A stretch of DNA of 30,924 bases from Tubiluchus corallicola (lineage: Eukaryota; Animalia; Priapulida). A model generated the notes under the pieces. The model made no database searches. It was not told where the DNA came from and worked only from the letters and a program-made list of their open reading frames with translations. Numbering within the stretch: position 1 is the stretch's first letter; every line of letters starts with the position of its first letter. The position numbers and the translations under genes are program-made. The stretch spans positions 31,440 through 62,363 of the forward strand of contig JAQGDQ010001105.1 in NCBI GenBank assembly GCA_030141605.1, read 5' to 3'. This document shows, piece after piece, positions 12,250 to 25,495 of the stretch.

Positions 12250-12370
12250 GTATATATTTGTAGATAATTGAGGGCCTCCTTGGAAAGTAGTGCTAAGCAC
12301 TGAAAAAGCTACCCCCATAAAATATTACCATAAATAAGAATAAGTAAATAAATAAATAAAAATAAAATAA
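12250..12370 (+). mobile_element. Possible short retroposon 3' end with hairpin and (TAAA)n tail
   Basis: AGGGCCTCCTT...AGTGC-TAA-GCACT (12289-12301)...GCTACCC followed by (TAAA)n. Confidence 0.4.
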
Positions 12371-12773
12371 TACAGGATGTTCCGAAACAAACAGCGCACT
12401 GACAAGTGACATTTTAACACTAAGAATCTTCACCGTGTTGACAAGTGATAATATCATTACTAAATTTTAATCAGGTCCAAATTTCGCAAATTATTGACAA
12501 ACGCCTAACGAAGCTAAAACATTAATGAATGTTAATGAAGCAGAACAAATTCTCTGCTTAATTAATGAGTGCACAGCGTCTAATTAGTGTTGACAATTGC
12601 GTATCTCATTTCACAAACTCTCCAACTAATTGTTATGCAGTAGTGAAGACTGTGGGCGCGTTATTGACACTTGCGTGGTTCCATTTCAAGGTCAAAAACT
12701 AGTAAATGAACTCCACTCAATTTTATGATAACAGTTTTATCCGGCAATTACGTTTTACATACATATAGTTTAT

Positions 12774-12998
12774 TTAAAAGAAGACAGGATGATTTTTCAT
12801 ATACTACCCAATTTTCAAGTCGGATAAAAAGTACACATTTTAACGCAATTAATACTGCAAAAGCGTTTCTGATAATTGATTAGTAGATTAAAATCTTAAC
12901 TAACGGCGGGCGAACCCAACTAGTAATCACATCACAAACTAACATAATTTTCAACAGCAAAAATATTCCACGAGCGTGTTGCAAGTGTTTGTGAAAGC
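12774..12998 (+). mobile_element. K1 left arm (orphan within the window)
   Basis: TTAA|AAGAAGACAGGATGATTTTTCATAT..., matching 243-351 directly and 3116-3260 and 9389-9558 inverted. Confidence 0.85.
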
Positions 12999-13090
12999 AA
13001 CTATTGAAGTACAGTGTTACTGTAAGGTATTCAGTGTGTTGTACAGTATCCGTACACGATTACTCTTTTCTACACATTAAGTCACACATA

Positions 13091-14236
13091 TACAATACAT
13101 GAACACTCGTTTCCACACATTGACCTACATATGTACAATACTTGAACACTCATTTCCACACATTGACCTACATACGTACAATACTTGAACACTCATTTCC
13201 ACACATTGACCTACATACGTACAATACATGAACACTCATTTCCACACATTGACCTACATACGTACAATACATGAACAGGCATTTCCACACAGTGACCTAC
13301 ATATGCACAATACTTGAACACTCATTTCCACACATTGACCTACATATGTACAATACTTGAACACTCATTTCCACACATTGACCTACATACGTACAATACT
13401 TGAACACTCATTTCCACACATTGACCTACATACGTACAATACATGAACAGGCATTTCCACACAGTGACCTACACATGTGCAATACATGAACACTCATTTC
13501 CACACATTGACCTACACACGTACAATACATGAACACTCATTTCCACACATTGACCTAAATACGTACAATACATGAACACTCATTTCCACACATTAACCTA
13601 CATATGTACAATACATGAACACTCATTTTCACACTATAACTTACACATGTACAATACATGAACACTCATTTCCACACATTGACCTACATATGTACAATAC
13701 TTGAACACTCATTTCCACACATTGACCTACATACGTACAATACTTGAACACTCATTTCCACACATTGACCTACATACGTACAATACATGAACACTCATTT
13801 CCACACATTGACCTACATACGTACAATACATGAACAGGCATTTCCACACAGTGACCTACATATGCACAATACTTGAACACTCATTTCCACACATTGACCT
13901 ACATATGTACAATACTTGAACACTCATTTCCACACATTGACCTACATACGTACAATACTTGAACACTCATTTCCACACATTGACCTACATACGTACAATA
14001 CATGAACAGGCATTTCCACACAGTGACCTACACATGTGCAATACATGAACACTCATTTCCACACATTGACCTACACACGTACAATACATGAACACTCATT
14101 TCCACACATTGACCTAAATACGTACAATACATGAACACTCATTTCCACACATTGACCTAAATACGTACAATACATGAACACTCATTTCCACACATTAACC
14201 TACATATGTACAATACATAAACACTCATTTTCACAC
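13091..14236. repeat. 43-bp minisatellite, about 26 copies, with a 13-mer higher-order duplication
   Basis: Unit ACAATACATGAACACTCATTTCCACACATTGACCTACATACGT; GAACAGGC variants at 13273/13445 recur at 13832/14004 (559 = 13 x 43). Confidence 0.97.
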
Positions 14237-14715
14237 ATGATCTCACTTAGTATAACATCAGCTCTAATACATACAGCACATAAATCCTCGCTTTCACACA
14301 ATACATCACAATGTACAGTACCACACATACAGCATGAATACTCCCTTTTACACGTAGTTTCTGATTGTCCAGGCTAAATCAAGTTAGCTGTTGTGAAACA
14401 CCAAATAAAAGAACCAGAAGAATTTATTAGCGAGCATTTCATGAGGTCTAAATGAAGACTTATGCGCCTTGCTTGCATCGCTCACAAACGAGATGCGCCG
14501 AGAATTCGCTTTGGACAACAGCGGAAGTCGATGCCCACGCTTCCGGTTCGCCGGAAAGCTTGTCTGGGTGACTTGTGATTGTATTGCTGTAGTTTGGAAC
14601 TGAAGCTGGCATCAGAAACGTAGCTAGCGAACACTCTCGCAACTATAATTTCGTAATCTACCTCTCAGAGGGCCAAAGATAATGTTAATAACGCTCTTAG
14701 AAATTATTAATGAAG

Positions 14716-14729
14716 GTTGCCATGGCAAC
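14716..14729. promoter_or_regulatory. Perfect 14-bp X-box (RFX-type) palindrome GTTGCCATGGCAAC
   Basis: Exact palindrome matching the RFX consensus GTNRCC(N0-3)RGYAAC; function not demonstrated. Confidence 0.4.
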
Positions 14730-15012
14730 ACAAATCTTCCAAAATAGCAATTAAAATCTAACTCTTTTTTACTGCTTAGGTTGCATGATAAATATGGCGA
14801 ATAATTAGCCATTAAGACGATACCTGGAGAATGAATTCGCCTTCCGGACAAATTTATTGCTGGAAATTTTCCCGAATAAAGGAAAAACTCGGAGATGAAA
14901 TAAAATTTAATCAATGTCAATTAGCGCTGTTTTAAATCAGGGAAATAATTCACTTGCTCATTTTCATTCATGCAGTCTGACTTTCATTGTTGCTGGACAG
15001 GTACACTGGACA

Positions 15013-15095
15013 GACTGAATGACTGAATGTTTGACAGACTAGCTAACTGACTTACTAGCTGACTGATTGACTGGCTGACTGACTGACTGACTGAC

Positions 15096-15138
<43 letters not shown>

Positions 15139-15437
15139 CTGACTGACTGACTGACTGACTGGCTGGCTGGCTGGCTGACTGACTGACTGACTGACTGACT
15201 GACTGACTGACTGACTGACTGACTGACTGACTGACTGACTGACTGACTGACTGACTGACTGACTGACTGACTGACTGACTGACTGACTGACTGACTGACT
15301 GACTGACTGACTGACTGACTGACCGACTGACCGACTGACCGACTGACCGACTGACTGACTGACTGACTGACTGACTGACTGACTGACTGACTGACTGACT
15401 GACTGACTGACTGACTACGTGACTCTGGTCTGATTGA
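15013..15437. repeat. (GACT)n/(GATT)n microsatellite
   Basis: Direct reading. Confidence 0.97.
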
Positions 15438-15440
15438 TTT

Positions 15441-15548
15441 GATTTAATGTTGATTTAATATTTTATTTCAAACTTTGCAAAATTCATATATACATCACAA
15501 AATATTAAGAAAAATACAATAAATTAAAATAACAAATAACAAATAACA
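15441..15548 (-). mobile_element. Short retroposon-like 3' end (family T), copy 1
   Basis: GATTTAATATTTTATTTCAAACTT...TTCATAT..ACATCACAAA...AATACAATAAAT also at 16537-16635 and 26908-26992; the minus strand ends GAAATAAA + TAAATC-type tail. Confidence 0.65.
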
Positions 15549-15550
15549 TG

Positions 15551-16366
<816 letters not shown>

Positions 16367-16536
16367 ATAGGCTGATTTTATTTAGAACAATTATGTTCAT
16401 ATCTTTACAAAATAAACACAATTTCACACGTTTAGTCTGGCACAGTGACTAAATGACACACTGACTGATTGACTGTCTGACTGGCTAGCTGGCTGACTGA
16501 CCGATTGACTAAGAGACTAACTGATTTGATTGAAGT

Positions 16537-16635
16537 GATTTAATATTTATTTCGAACTTTAGAAAGTTCATATGCACATCACAAACTAACACAAAAATAC
16601 AATAAATTATAGCACAACACAATAACACAAATAAT
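16537..16635 (-). mobile_element. Family T copy 2, abutting the 5' truncation point of the LINE
   Basis: Homologous to 15452-15548 and 26908-26992. Confidence 0.65.
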
Positions 16636-16637
16636 AA

Positions 16638-17711
16638 TCAAAAGCTTTTGACACTGTTGATCATAAAATTTTAATTAACAAATTGTACCACTATGGAATA
16701 AGAGGTGTTGCGAATAATTGGTTTGTAAGTTACCTATCTGGCAGGTTACAAGCAGTAAAGTATAATAACTATATATCTAACTCAAAATTAATATCTTGTG
16801 GTGTTCCACAAGGGTCGATACTTGGCCCACTCTTGTTTCTTGTGTACATTAATGATATAAAACATTGCATTAATAATGGAAAAATCCTGCAGTTTGCTGA
16901 TGACACCAGTTTAATATTTAAATATTACAATACTGTTAATGAAGCTGAAATAAACAATGAATTGCAGCAAATATCAAACTGGTTTAGGAGTAATAAATTA
17001 TCACTAAATGCTTCCAAAACTAAATTTGTAGTTTTTAGATCAAGAAACAAGAGAATGCCAAATTTGACATTACAAATTGAAAATAGTTATATTCAACAAG
17101 TAAAACAGATTAAATTCTTAGGTATTGTCATACATGAACACTTAGACTGGCAATCACATATCTCTTACATCAGACTTAAAATTGCTAAAAATATAGGCAT
17201 CATTACTCACATTAAACGCAGTCTTTCGAAAGAACACTTACTAATCTTGTATAATAGTCTGGTTTTACCTTATCTCAATTACTGCAGCATTATTTGGGGC
17301 CCCACATATCCATCTAAACTAATATGCTTAAAAACGTTGCAACGAAAATTTTTAAGGTTAGTGTATGGCCTACAGAAACGTAGTGAAGTACCTTTACTTC
17401 TTTACCGTGAATGTAGAATTATGCAATTAGATGATTTAATTAAATTGAATATTGCAGTATTCATGTATGAATGCAATAATAGACTATTTCCTAAGTTTTT
17501 TGCAATTCCTGTCAAATTGACATCTAAGAGACATAATACAAGATTTAATCAATACATTGTGCCTTTCTGTAGAACCAACATAGCTAAACATTTTATAATA
17601 TATCAAGGACCAAAAGTCTGGAATGAGATTTGTCAATCTGCAAAAAATAGCAGATCTATTACTAGATTTAAAATAATGCTAAAAAATCAAATTTTAAGTA
17701 AGTATCAGTGA
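16638..17711 (+). pseudogene. Partial LINE ORF2: reverse transcriptase domain and C-terminus, frame open
   Basis: SKAFDTVDHKILINKLYHYGIRG, GVPQGSILGPLLFLVYINDI, FADDT, NKLSLNASKTK, KFLGIVI, LPYLNYCSIIWG, GPKVWN; no start ATG and no endonuclease domain. Confidence 0.93.
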
Positions 17712-18138
17712 GTAATCAAAATTTCTATCTGTATCCATCCTCACAGTAGTTGCAAAACAGTGGTGTTAACTTAATCAAGTTATTTTAATTTTACATACTA
17801 TTAAAAAATAATAGTCTTTCTATCTTTTATATCATTCCATATATGAGTTTCATTCATTACATCATCCCATTTTAAGCACTAACGTTTTTTTTATCACGAT
17901 TCACTTTAAATTTTCAGATTATCTCCATTACTTTTTTTTTTCTCTATCACTGTGTGGGACAATCTAACAAGCCCTGCTTTTTGATTGCCCACAACACATT
18001 TACATTCGTGTATAAGTAAATAGTGCTTGAGGCTTTTCTGTGCAGTAATTTTTATTTGTATTATATTCATTGTAGGCCCTTTCACTGATATTGTATATGT
18101 AACCTGTAAATGTGTATGGTGAAATAAATGACTATGAA
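16638..18138 (+). mobile_element. 5'-truncated non-LTR retrotransposon, CR1/L2 group (possibly Crack clade)
   Basis: Begins abruptly within the RT domain; ORF ends at 17711; 3'UTR with hairpin at 17953-17993; ends GGTGAAATAAATGACTATGAA. Confidence 0.92.
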
Positions 18139-18193
18139 ACAATTAACAATATAACATTGTTCGCTTCTGACATCTAATTTCATAAGTAAAGTT

Positions 18194-18525
18194 TACTGAC
18201 TGGTTTACTCACTGACTGATTGAATGACTGACTGACGTACTGACTGGTTGGCTGGCTGACTGACTGACTGACTGATTGAATGATTGACTGACAGACAGAC
18301 TGACTGACTGAGTGATTGAATGATTGACTGACAGGCTGGCTGACTGACTGACTGATTGAATGATTGATTGACTGATTGAATGATTGACTGACAGACAGCC
18401 TGACTGACTGACGATCTGATTGGCAACTGTCCGACTGGCTGACTGACAGACGGACTGAATAGTTAGCTGACTGACTGATTGACTGACAGACTGGCTGGCC
18501 AGCTGACAAACTGTCTGACTGACTG
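18194..18525. repeat. Degenerate (GACT/GATT/GAAT)n tract
   Basis: Direct reading. Confidence 0.9.
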
Positions 18526-19093
18526 ATAAACTACACTATTTTGTAGCTTACAAATCAACACTTATTTCACTTGTCTAATGAAATTTGGAATACAGTAAAT
18601 TTGCACTCATCGTTGTCCAGAATTTTATTTTCCAACAATTTTCCTGTCAAACATAACCATGCATATCCCGATCGATCCCACTTATCCAGAAACATCAAAT
18701 GCTCTCTCTGGATGATGAAATTACATAAGTAATGCCATCATCTTATAGGCAAACAAGGTTATGTAATCAGCAAGACAGTCTGCACCGAGGCAACGGACAG
18801 ACGGACAGACAGACGCACAAATGATCTGCAAAATTACTGAAAATAAGGAAAATGGGCTTTTTGTCTTGTAAGTAAATGCAGATGTGTTGGATTTACAGCA
18901 TTTTCAGATGTGGTACTGCAACAAGAGTAAGAACAGCCATTACTTGTGAAGCCATTCCTGAGAAAAAACATGGCAGCCACTTGATGTTAGTGTGTAAACT
19001 AGAACAGCTTGTTTAATCACAATTTTGACCTGGAATATGGCAAACAGTTGTCGGTATCGGAGTTACAGTTGCTTGGGCATTAAATTGCATCTA

Positions 19094-20118
19094 GTTACTC
19101 AGTTTGTGCAGCACGCTACTCAGTTTAATATAAGTGTGTAATTTACTCAATGTATCATGCAGCATCTTAAGTTTCAAGGTTACTCAATTTGAACATCAAG
19201 TTACTCAGTTTAATATAAGTGTGTAATTTACTCGATGTATCATGCAGCATCTTAAGTTTCAAGGTTACTCAATTTGAACACCAAGTTACTCAGTTTAAAT
19301 AAGTGTGTAATTTACTCAATGTATCACCCAACAACTTAAGTTTCAAGGTTACTCAATTTGAACATCACGTTACTCAGTTTGAGCAGGAAGCTACTCAGTT
19401 TAATGCAAGTGTGTAATTTACTCAATGTATCATGCAGCATCTTAAGTTTCAATGTTACTCAATTTGAAAATCAAGTTACTCAGTTTAATATAAGTGTGTA
19501 ATTTACTCAATGTATCACGCAACAATTTAAGTTTCAAGGTTACTCAATTTGAACATCACGTTACTCAGTTTGAGCAGGAAGCTACTCAGTTTAATGCAAG
19601 TGTGTAATTTACTCAATGTATCACCCAACAACTTAAGTTTCAAGTTTACTCAATTTGAACATCACGTTACTCAGTTTGAGCAGGAAGCTACTCAGTTTAA
19701 TGCAAGTGTGTAATTTACTCAATGTATCACGCAACAATTTAAGTTTCAAGGTTACTCAATTTGAACATCACGTTACTCAGTTTCAGCAGGAAGCTACTCA
19801 GTTTAATGCAAGTGTGTAATTTACTCAATGTATCACGCAACAATTTAAGTTTCAAGGTTACTCAATTTGAACATCACGTTACTCAGTTTCAGCAGGAAGC
19901 TACTCAGTTTAATGCAAGTGTGTAATTTACTCAATGTATCACGCAACAATTTAAGTTTCAAGGTTACTCAATTTGAACATCACGTTACTCAGTTTCAGCA
20001 GGAATCTACTCAGTTTAATGCAAGTGTGTAATTTACTCAATGTATCACGCAACAATTTAAGTTTCAAGGTTACTCAATTTGAACATCACGTTACTCAGTT
20101 TCAGCAGGAAGCTACTCA
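19094..20118. repeat. 106-bp (and 85-bp deletion variant) composite tandem repeat built from TACTCA-containing subunits, about 10 units
   Basis: Period 106 (for example 19751 to 19857); each full unit has four (T/C)TACTCA cores; three units lack one 21-bp subunit. Confidence 0.95.
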
Positions 20119-20194
20119 AAGCTACTGAATTTCGAGAAACAGGTTATCCAAGATAGAAATTACTTTATTAAATTAGGGCAATTAGTTTCACAAA

Positions 20195-20535
20195 CTGAGT
20201 CTTTGTTGACATATTTTTTGATAGCGCGCCAATTTTGAGTAACTCAAATCTGTTTTGCAGTCAAATTTGCAGTTTTTAATGACACGTGTTTTTGATAACA
20301 TAGCAATTAGGAGTATCTTATACGTGCTGATCACTCAAATTTTGAGTTTCTGTTGATATATTTCTAGATAACACATCAGTTTTGAGTAACTTAAATCTTT
20401 ACACTAAGATTTTGAGTTTTTGTTGATATATTTTTGGATAACTCAGCAAACCTTGTTTTGTAACTTAATTCTGCCGTACACAAGTTTTTGATGACGTATT
20501 TTTCGATAGAACGCCAATTCTCAGTAACTGAGATT
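20195..20535. repeat. Degenerate repeat with AGT-A-ACT palindromes
   Basis: TGTTGA(C/T)ATATTT..GATA..CAATTTTGAGTAACT-like unit recurs about 4 times; palindromes at 20234-20248 and 20519-20533. Confidence 0.7.
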
Positions 20536-21357
20536 TTCGTAAAGTCGACAACTGCCCTTTTTTTATATAAAATCCTTACTGCCGTTGTCGTTTTCATCTG
20601 TTACACTAGACAAAAACGTGGAGTATCAGACACGAGGGTGATAAATACTGCATGATTATTGACAACATCTCTCTTTTCCTCAGCTTCCGCTATAGCCATG
20701 CAGCTGCCGTCTGTTCAAAATTATCCATCGATCATAAATTCTCGATTCAATAATTCAAGACAAGTTTGAAAAGAGCTATTTACATTTCTGGAATCCGCAA
20801 ATAGACCCTCCCGGGACGAAACAAAAACTGCATCATTCGCAAATGCTTGTTAGCAGCAACGGAAGGGGGGATTTGCGGGATCTCTTCCCGATATTTTCAA
20901 ATTTCGTTTGCTCCAGTTCGCGATCTTATTGTTTTGCAATCGAAGATCCCAGCGCGGACGTTTCACATGTCTAGGTAATTACACTGCGCGTTGAAGCTGG
21001 GTTTCATTTGAAAGCGGTTAGACACAGAAGCCAGTTGTTACGCTCGGTTGAACACGCTTGCGAATGTACATAGCGTTAAGTGTGCTAGCTAGTGGGGCGT
21101 TGGTAAATCTTAGAGGGGTGCGTGGTTTTTGATGCCCCCTGTTGCTGTTGTTGCTGCTGCTGATGGTGCCACTGCTGGACGCGTATCACAGTGCTGACTG
21201 AATACATTAATTCCTGGGAAAATTAATGCGTACCTCTTACTTTAGAAACACGTTTTGTTAAAATTTCATGTTTGTAGTTAATCAATAAATATTCCACATC
21301 CCCACTTTTGTTTAAAATGTAAGGTTACCAATATCACACATGGATGGGAATTTTATA

Positions 21358-21790
21358 TAATAATAATCTTTATCTGCCATAAAAAAATCGATATTCATAA
21401 CTATAAAAGCATAAAAGAACATGGCAGCATGAGAATAAATTTCACACAACTGTTAAATGCAAATGCGTCCTGTGCAAACTAAAAACTACTGTGCCAAAAT
21501 TTAAAACAAAATATACATTATAATATTACACGGAAATTATAATAGAGTATATGCAATACATACATATAATTTAAAATAGAAGCGGGTAAAAAAATTTGCG
21601 GATGAAAATATATTATCGTTTACGTATGTAGGGTTTTCAAAACGATTTAATGTATGTATTTTTAATTTTGATTTGAATTCGTCAAAAGACTTGATTTGTT
21701 TTAAATTTGATGGCAGGGTATTCCAAAGTTGAACTCCTTGTTTAGTGATAGAATTGTAGCCGTATTTGTTATTAGTGCGTATTTGTGTTA
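21358..21790 (-). mobile_element. 5'-truncated CR1/L2-group LINE 3' end
   Basis: Minus strand encodes RTNNKYGYNSITKQGVQLWNTLPSNLKQIKSFDEFKSKLK (typical ORF2 C-terminus) and ends GCAGATAAAG + (ATT)n near 21358. Confidence 0.8.
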
Positions 21791-22065
21791 ATAGTTCATC
21801 ACTCCAATCAATGCAACTTCTTGAAGGATTCAGCCATAGCTGTGACGTCATAACTGTCAACGATGCAGCACGATTAAAATAAAAAATTTAGAGATAATAT
21901 GACCTTCCTTTTGGTGAAGGACTGCCTGTAATATACATGATTTATGGTGTTGAATGACAATACTCTAGCCATATTGATTATGTTCTTCTTCGGAACCGCA
22001 ATAACGAGACTCTTTGCAGATTACGATGTCGCCCTTCTAGATATTCGTTTTAAAATTCGGCAGAT

Positions 22066-22439
22066 TAAGCCTTTTCACAGTTCTAGCGATTGATGATGAT
22101 CGTGAAAAGGTCAAAGGCGAAGGTTTACCTGATAACACATTTGTGTACACCTGACAACGCCTCGCAACCCACACAATTGTAATAGTAACAGTTTTAACTG
22201 CTAGCTAGAACCTTACCTAGTTCACTTTTTCTTGTTCCCAAGCAAGATCCTGCTAGTAAATCACTCTACGCACAGACTAATGCATAATTAAGTAAAGTCC
22301 ATGTAAAAAACTGAACTGATGTGGCAGACGGCTTTGTTTTACACATATGTCACGTGAGGATTGTACGTAAGACGCGTTGCTGTGGTACACTTAACCTTTG
22401 ACCTAGCAGCAACTGCGCGTGCGCACAACGAAGCTGTGA
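22066..22439. mobile_element. Second, diverged copy of the 394-bp MITE with clipped right TIR
   Basis: Collinear with 1592-1974 (TAAGCCTTTTCACAGTTC...GCGCACAACGAAGCTGTGA). Confidence 0.88.
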
Positions 22440-22693
22440 CGGACGACTCTGTAGTATCTGGATTATTAGAGTTTTCCATTTCCTCTCCAAGTGAACACGC
22501 TTTTGCCTCTTCTATTGATTTTTTACGACTCTGATTCATTATACTATTCCGTCTCTCTTTAGTAGGTCGATTTCTAATCAATATTTGCACTAATGAATTT
22601 TGTCTTTTTGTAATTTTTGTTGGTTTTAGAGGTTTCCAAAGTTCATTATCTGATTTCATTGATCCTTTCATTGACAAATTCACCCATTCAGAG

Positions 22694-24587
22694 ATTAAAT
22701 GCTTTGTTGCGTACCATACAACATGGCTTAGGATGTGATAACTGCATGGTTAACTTTTCATGCGGATATTGCACACTAAATGCTTTGTTGCTTACCATAC
22801 AACATGGCTTAGGACATGATAACTGCTTGGTTAACTTTTCCTGCTGATATTGCACATTAAATGCTTTGTTGCTTACCATACAACATGGCTTAGGACGTGA
22901 TAACTGCTTGGTTAAACGTTTCATGCTGATATTGCACGTTAAATGCTTTGTTGCTTACCATACAACATGGCTTAGGACGTGATAACTGCTTGGTTTAACT
23001 TTTCATGCTGATATTGCACATTAAATGCTTTGTTGCTTACCATACAACATGGCTTAGGACGTGATAACTGCTTGGTTAACTTTTCATGCTGATATTGCAC
23101 ATTAAATGCTTTGTTGCTTACCATACAACATGGCTTAGGATGTGATAACTGCTTGGTTAACTTTTCATGCTGATATTGCACATTAAATGCTTTGTTGCTT
23201 GCCATACAACATGGCTTAGGACGTGATAACTGCTTGGTTAACGTTTCACGGTGATATTGCACATTAAATGTTTTGTTGCTTACCATACAACATGGCTTAG
23301 GACGTGATAACTGTTTGCTCAACTTTTCATGCTGATATTGCACATTAAATGTTTTGTTGCTTACCATACAATATGGCTTAGGACGTGATAACTGCTTGGT
23401 TAACTTTTCATGCTGATATTGCACATTAAATGCTTTGTTGCTTACCATACAACATGGCTTAGGACGTGATAACTGCTTGGTTAACTTTTCCTGCTGATAT
23501 TGCACATTAAATGCGTTGTTGCTTACCATACAACATGGCTTAGGACGTGATAGCTGCTTGGTTTAACTTTTCATGCTGATATTGCACATTAAATGCTTTG
23601 TTGCTTACCATACAACATGGCTTAGGACGTGATAACTGCTTGGTTAACTTTTCATGCTGATATTGCACATTAAATGCTTTGTTGTTTACCATACAACATG
23701 GCTTAGGACGTGATAACTGCTTGGTTAACTTTTCATGCTGATATTGCACATTAAATGCTTTGTTGCTTGCCATACAACATGGCTTAGGACGTGATAACTG
23801 CTTGGTTAACTTTTCACGGTGATATTGCACATTAAATGTTTTGTTGCTTACCATACAACATGGCTTAGGACGTGATAACTGTTTGCTCAACTTTTCATGC
23901 TGATATTGCACATTAAATGTTTTGTTGCTTACCATACAATATGGCTTAGGACGTGATAACTGCTTGGTTAACTTTTCATGCTGATATTGCACGTTAAATG
24001 CTTTGCTGCTTACCATACAACATGGCATAGGGCGTGATAACTGCTTGGTTAACTTTTCATGCTGATATTGCACATTAAATGTTTTGTTGCTTACCATACA
24101 AAATGGCTTACGACGTGATAACTTCTTGGTTAACTTTTCATGCTGATATTGCACATTAAATGCTTTGTTGCTTACCATACAACATGGCTTAGGACGTGAT
24201 AACTGCTTGGTTAACTTTTCATGCTGATATTGCACATTAAATGCTTTGTTGCTTGCCATACAACATGGCTTAGGACGTGATAACTACTTGGTTAACTTTT
24301 CATGCTGATATTGCACATTAAATGCTTTGTTGCTTACCATACAACATGGCTTAGGATGTGATAACTGCTTGGTTAACTTTTCATGCTGATATTGCACATT
24401 AAATGCTTTGTTGCTTACCATACAACATGGCTTATGATGTGATAACTGCTTGGTTAACTTTTCATGCTGATATTGCACATTAAATGCTTTGTTGCTTGCC
24501 ATACAACATGGCTTAGGACGTGATAACTTCTTGGTTAACTTTTCAAGCTGATATTGCACATTAAATGCTTTGCTGCTTGCCATACAA
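22694..24587. repeat. 81-bp minisatellite, about 23 copies, with a 7-mer higher-order duplication
   Basis: Unit ATTAAATGCTTTGTTGCTTACCATACAACATGGCTTAGGACGTGATAACTGCTTGGTTAACTTTTCATGCTGATATTGCAC; variants recur at 568 bp (22992/23560, 23247/23815). Confidence 0.97.
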
Positions 24588-24897
24588 TGTAATTTGTAAT
24601 GAAATAACTAATTTCATTGATAAATTCACCTATTGAGAGATAGAGATTAGCTGTTTAGGAACTAGAACATAATGACTGTTTACCTGGTTGAAATAATGAC
24701 TGTTTACCTGGTTGACACACTTTATTGACACCTCGCTCGTTCAGGTAATCCATACAGGTGCTGATGAGAGCCCTTACAAATTACACATCTCAGTGTACGA
24801 CTTTCATTCATGTCACTAGAATCATATCAATGGTTAGGAGTTAGTTAATTGATTAATCCAAGCTTCTAAATCAGTTCTGTTTATAGCTTCAGTTTAA

Positions 24898-25495
24898 GTT
24901 GTTGTTGTTGTTGCTATAGCTGTTGCTATCGTGGTTGTTGTAGTTGTCATCGTCATTGTCGTCACCATCAACGTAGTTGTTGTCGTTAACGTTGTTGTTG
25001 TTGCTGTTGTTGCAGTTGCCGCTGTTGTTGTTTGTTGCTGTGGTTGTTGTTATTGATGTTGTCATCATCATGGTTGTTGTTGTTGACGTCGCTATCATTG
25101 TCATTATTGTTATTGTTGTTGTTATTGTTGGTGTTGCTGTCGTCATCGTTGCAGGTCGCCATCGGCATCGTTGCTGTTGCTGTTGTTGCTTGTTGTTGTG
25201 GTTGTTATAGTTGTTGTTATTGATGTTGTCATCATCATGGTTGTTGTTGTCGTCGTCGCTATCGTTGTCATTGTTGTTGTTGTTGCGTCGTCATCGTTGC
25301 AGGTCGCTGTCGGCATCGTTGCTGTTGTTATTTGTCGCTGTGGTTGTTGTTATTGATGTTGTCATCATCATGGTTGTTGTTGTTGTTGTTATTTTAGCTG
25401 TTGCAGTTGTTGTTGTTTTAGCTGTTGCAACAGTTATCGCTGTTGTCGTCGTCGTCATTCTCATTGAAGCTGCTTCTGTCGCTGTTGTTGTTGCT
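24898..25495. repeat. Degenerate (GTT/GTC/GCT)n tract with internal block duplications
   Basis: GTTGTTATTGATGTTGTCATCATCATGGTTGTTGT occurs three times (near 25046, 25214 and 25346). Confidence 0.92.

Noticed and set aside
16575-16591. 17-bp CACATCACAAACTAACA shared with the K1 arm near 12928
   Set aside because: Low-complexity match with no flanking homology; probably chance.
22688-24583. Repetitive ORFs (KPCCMVSNKAFNVQYQHEKLTKQLSR)n
   Set aside because: By-product of an 81-bp unit; frames are broken by 1-bp insertions that were copied with the higher-order repeat.
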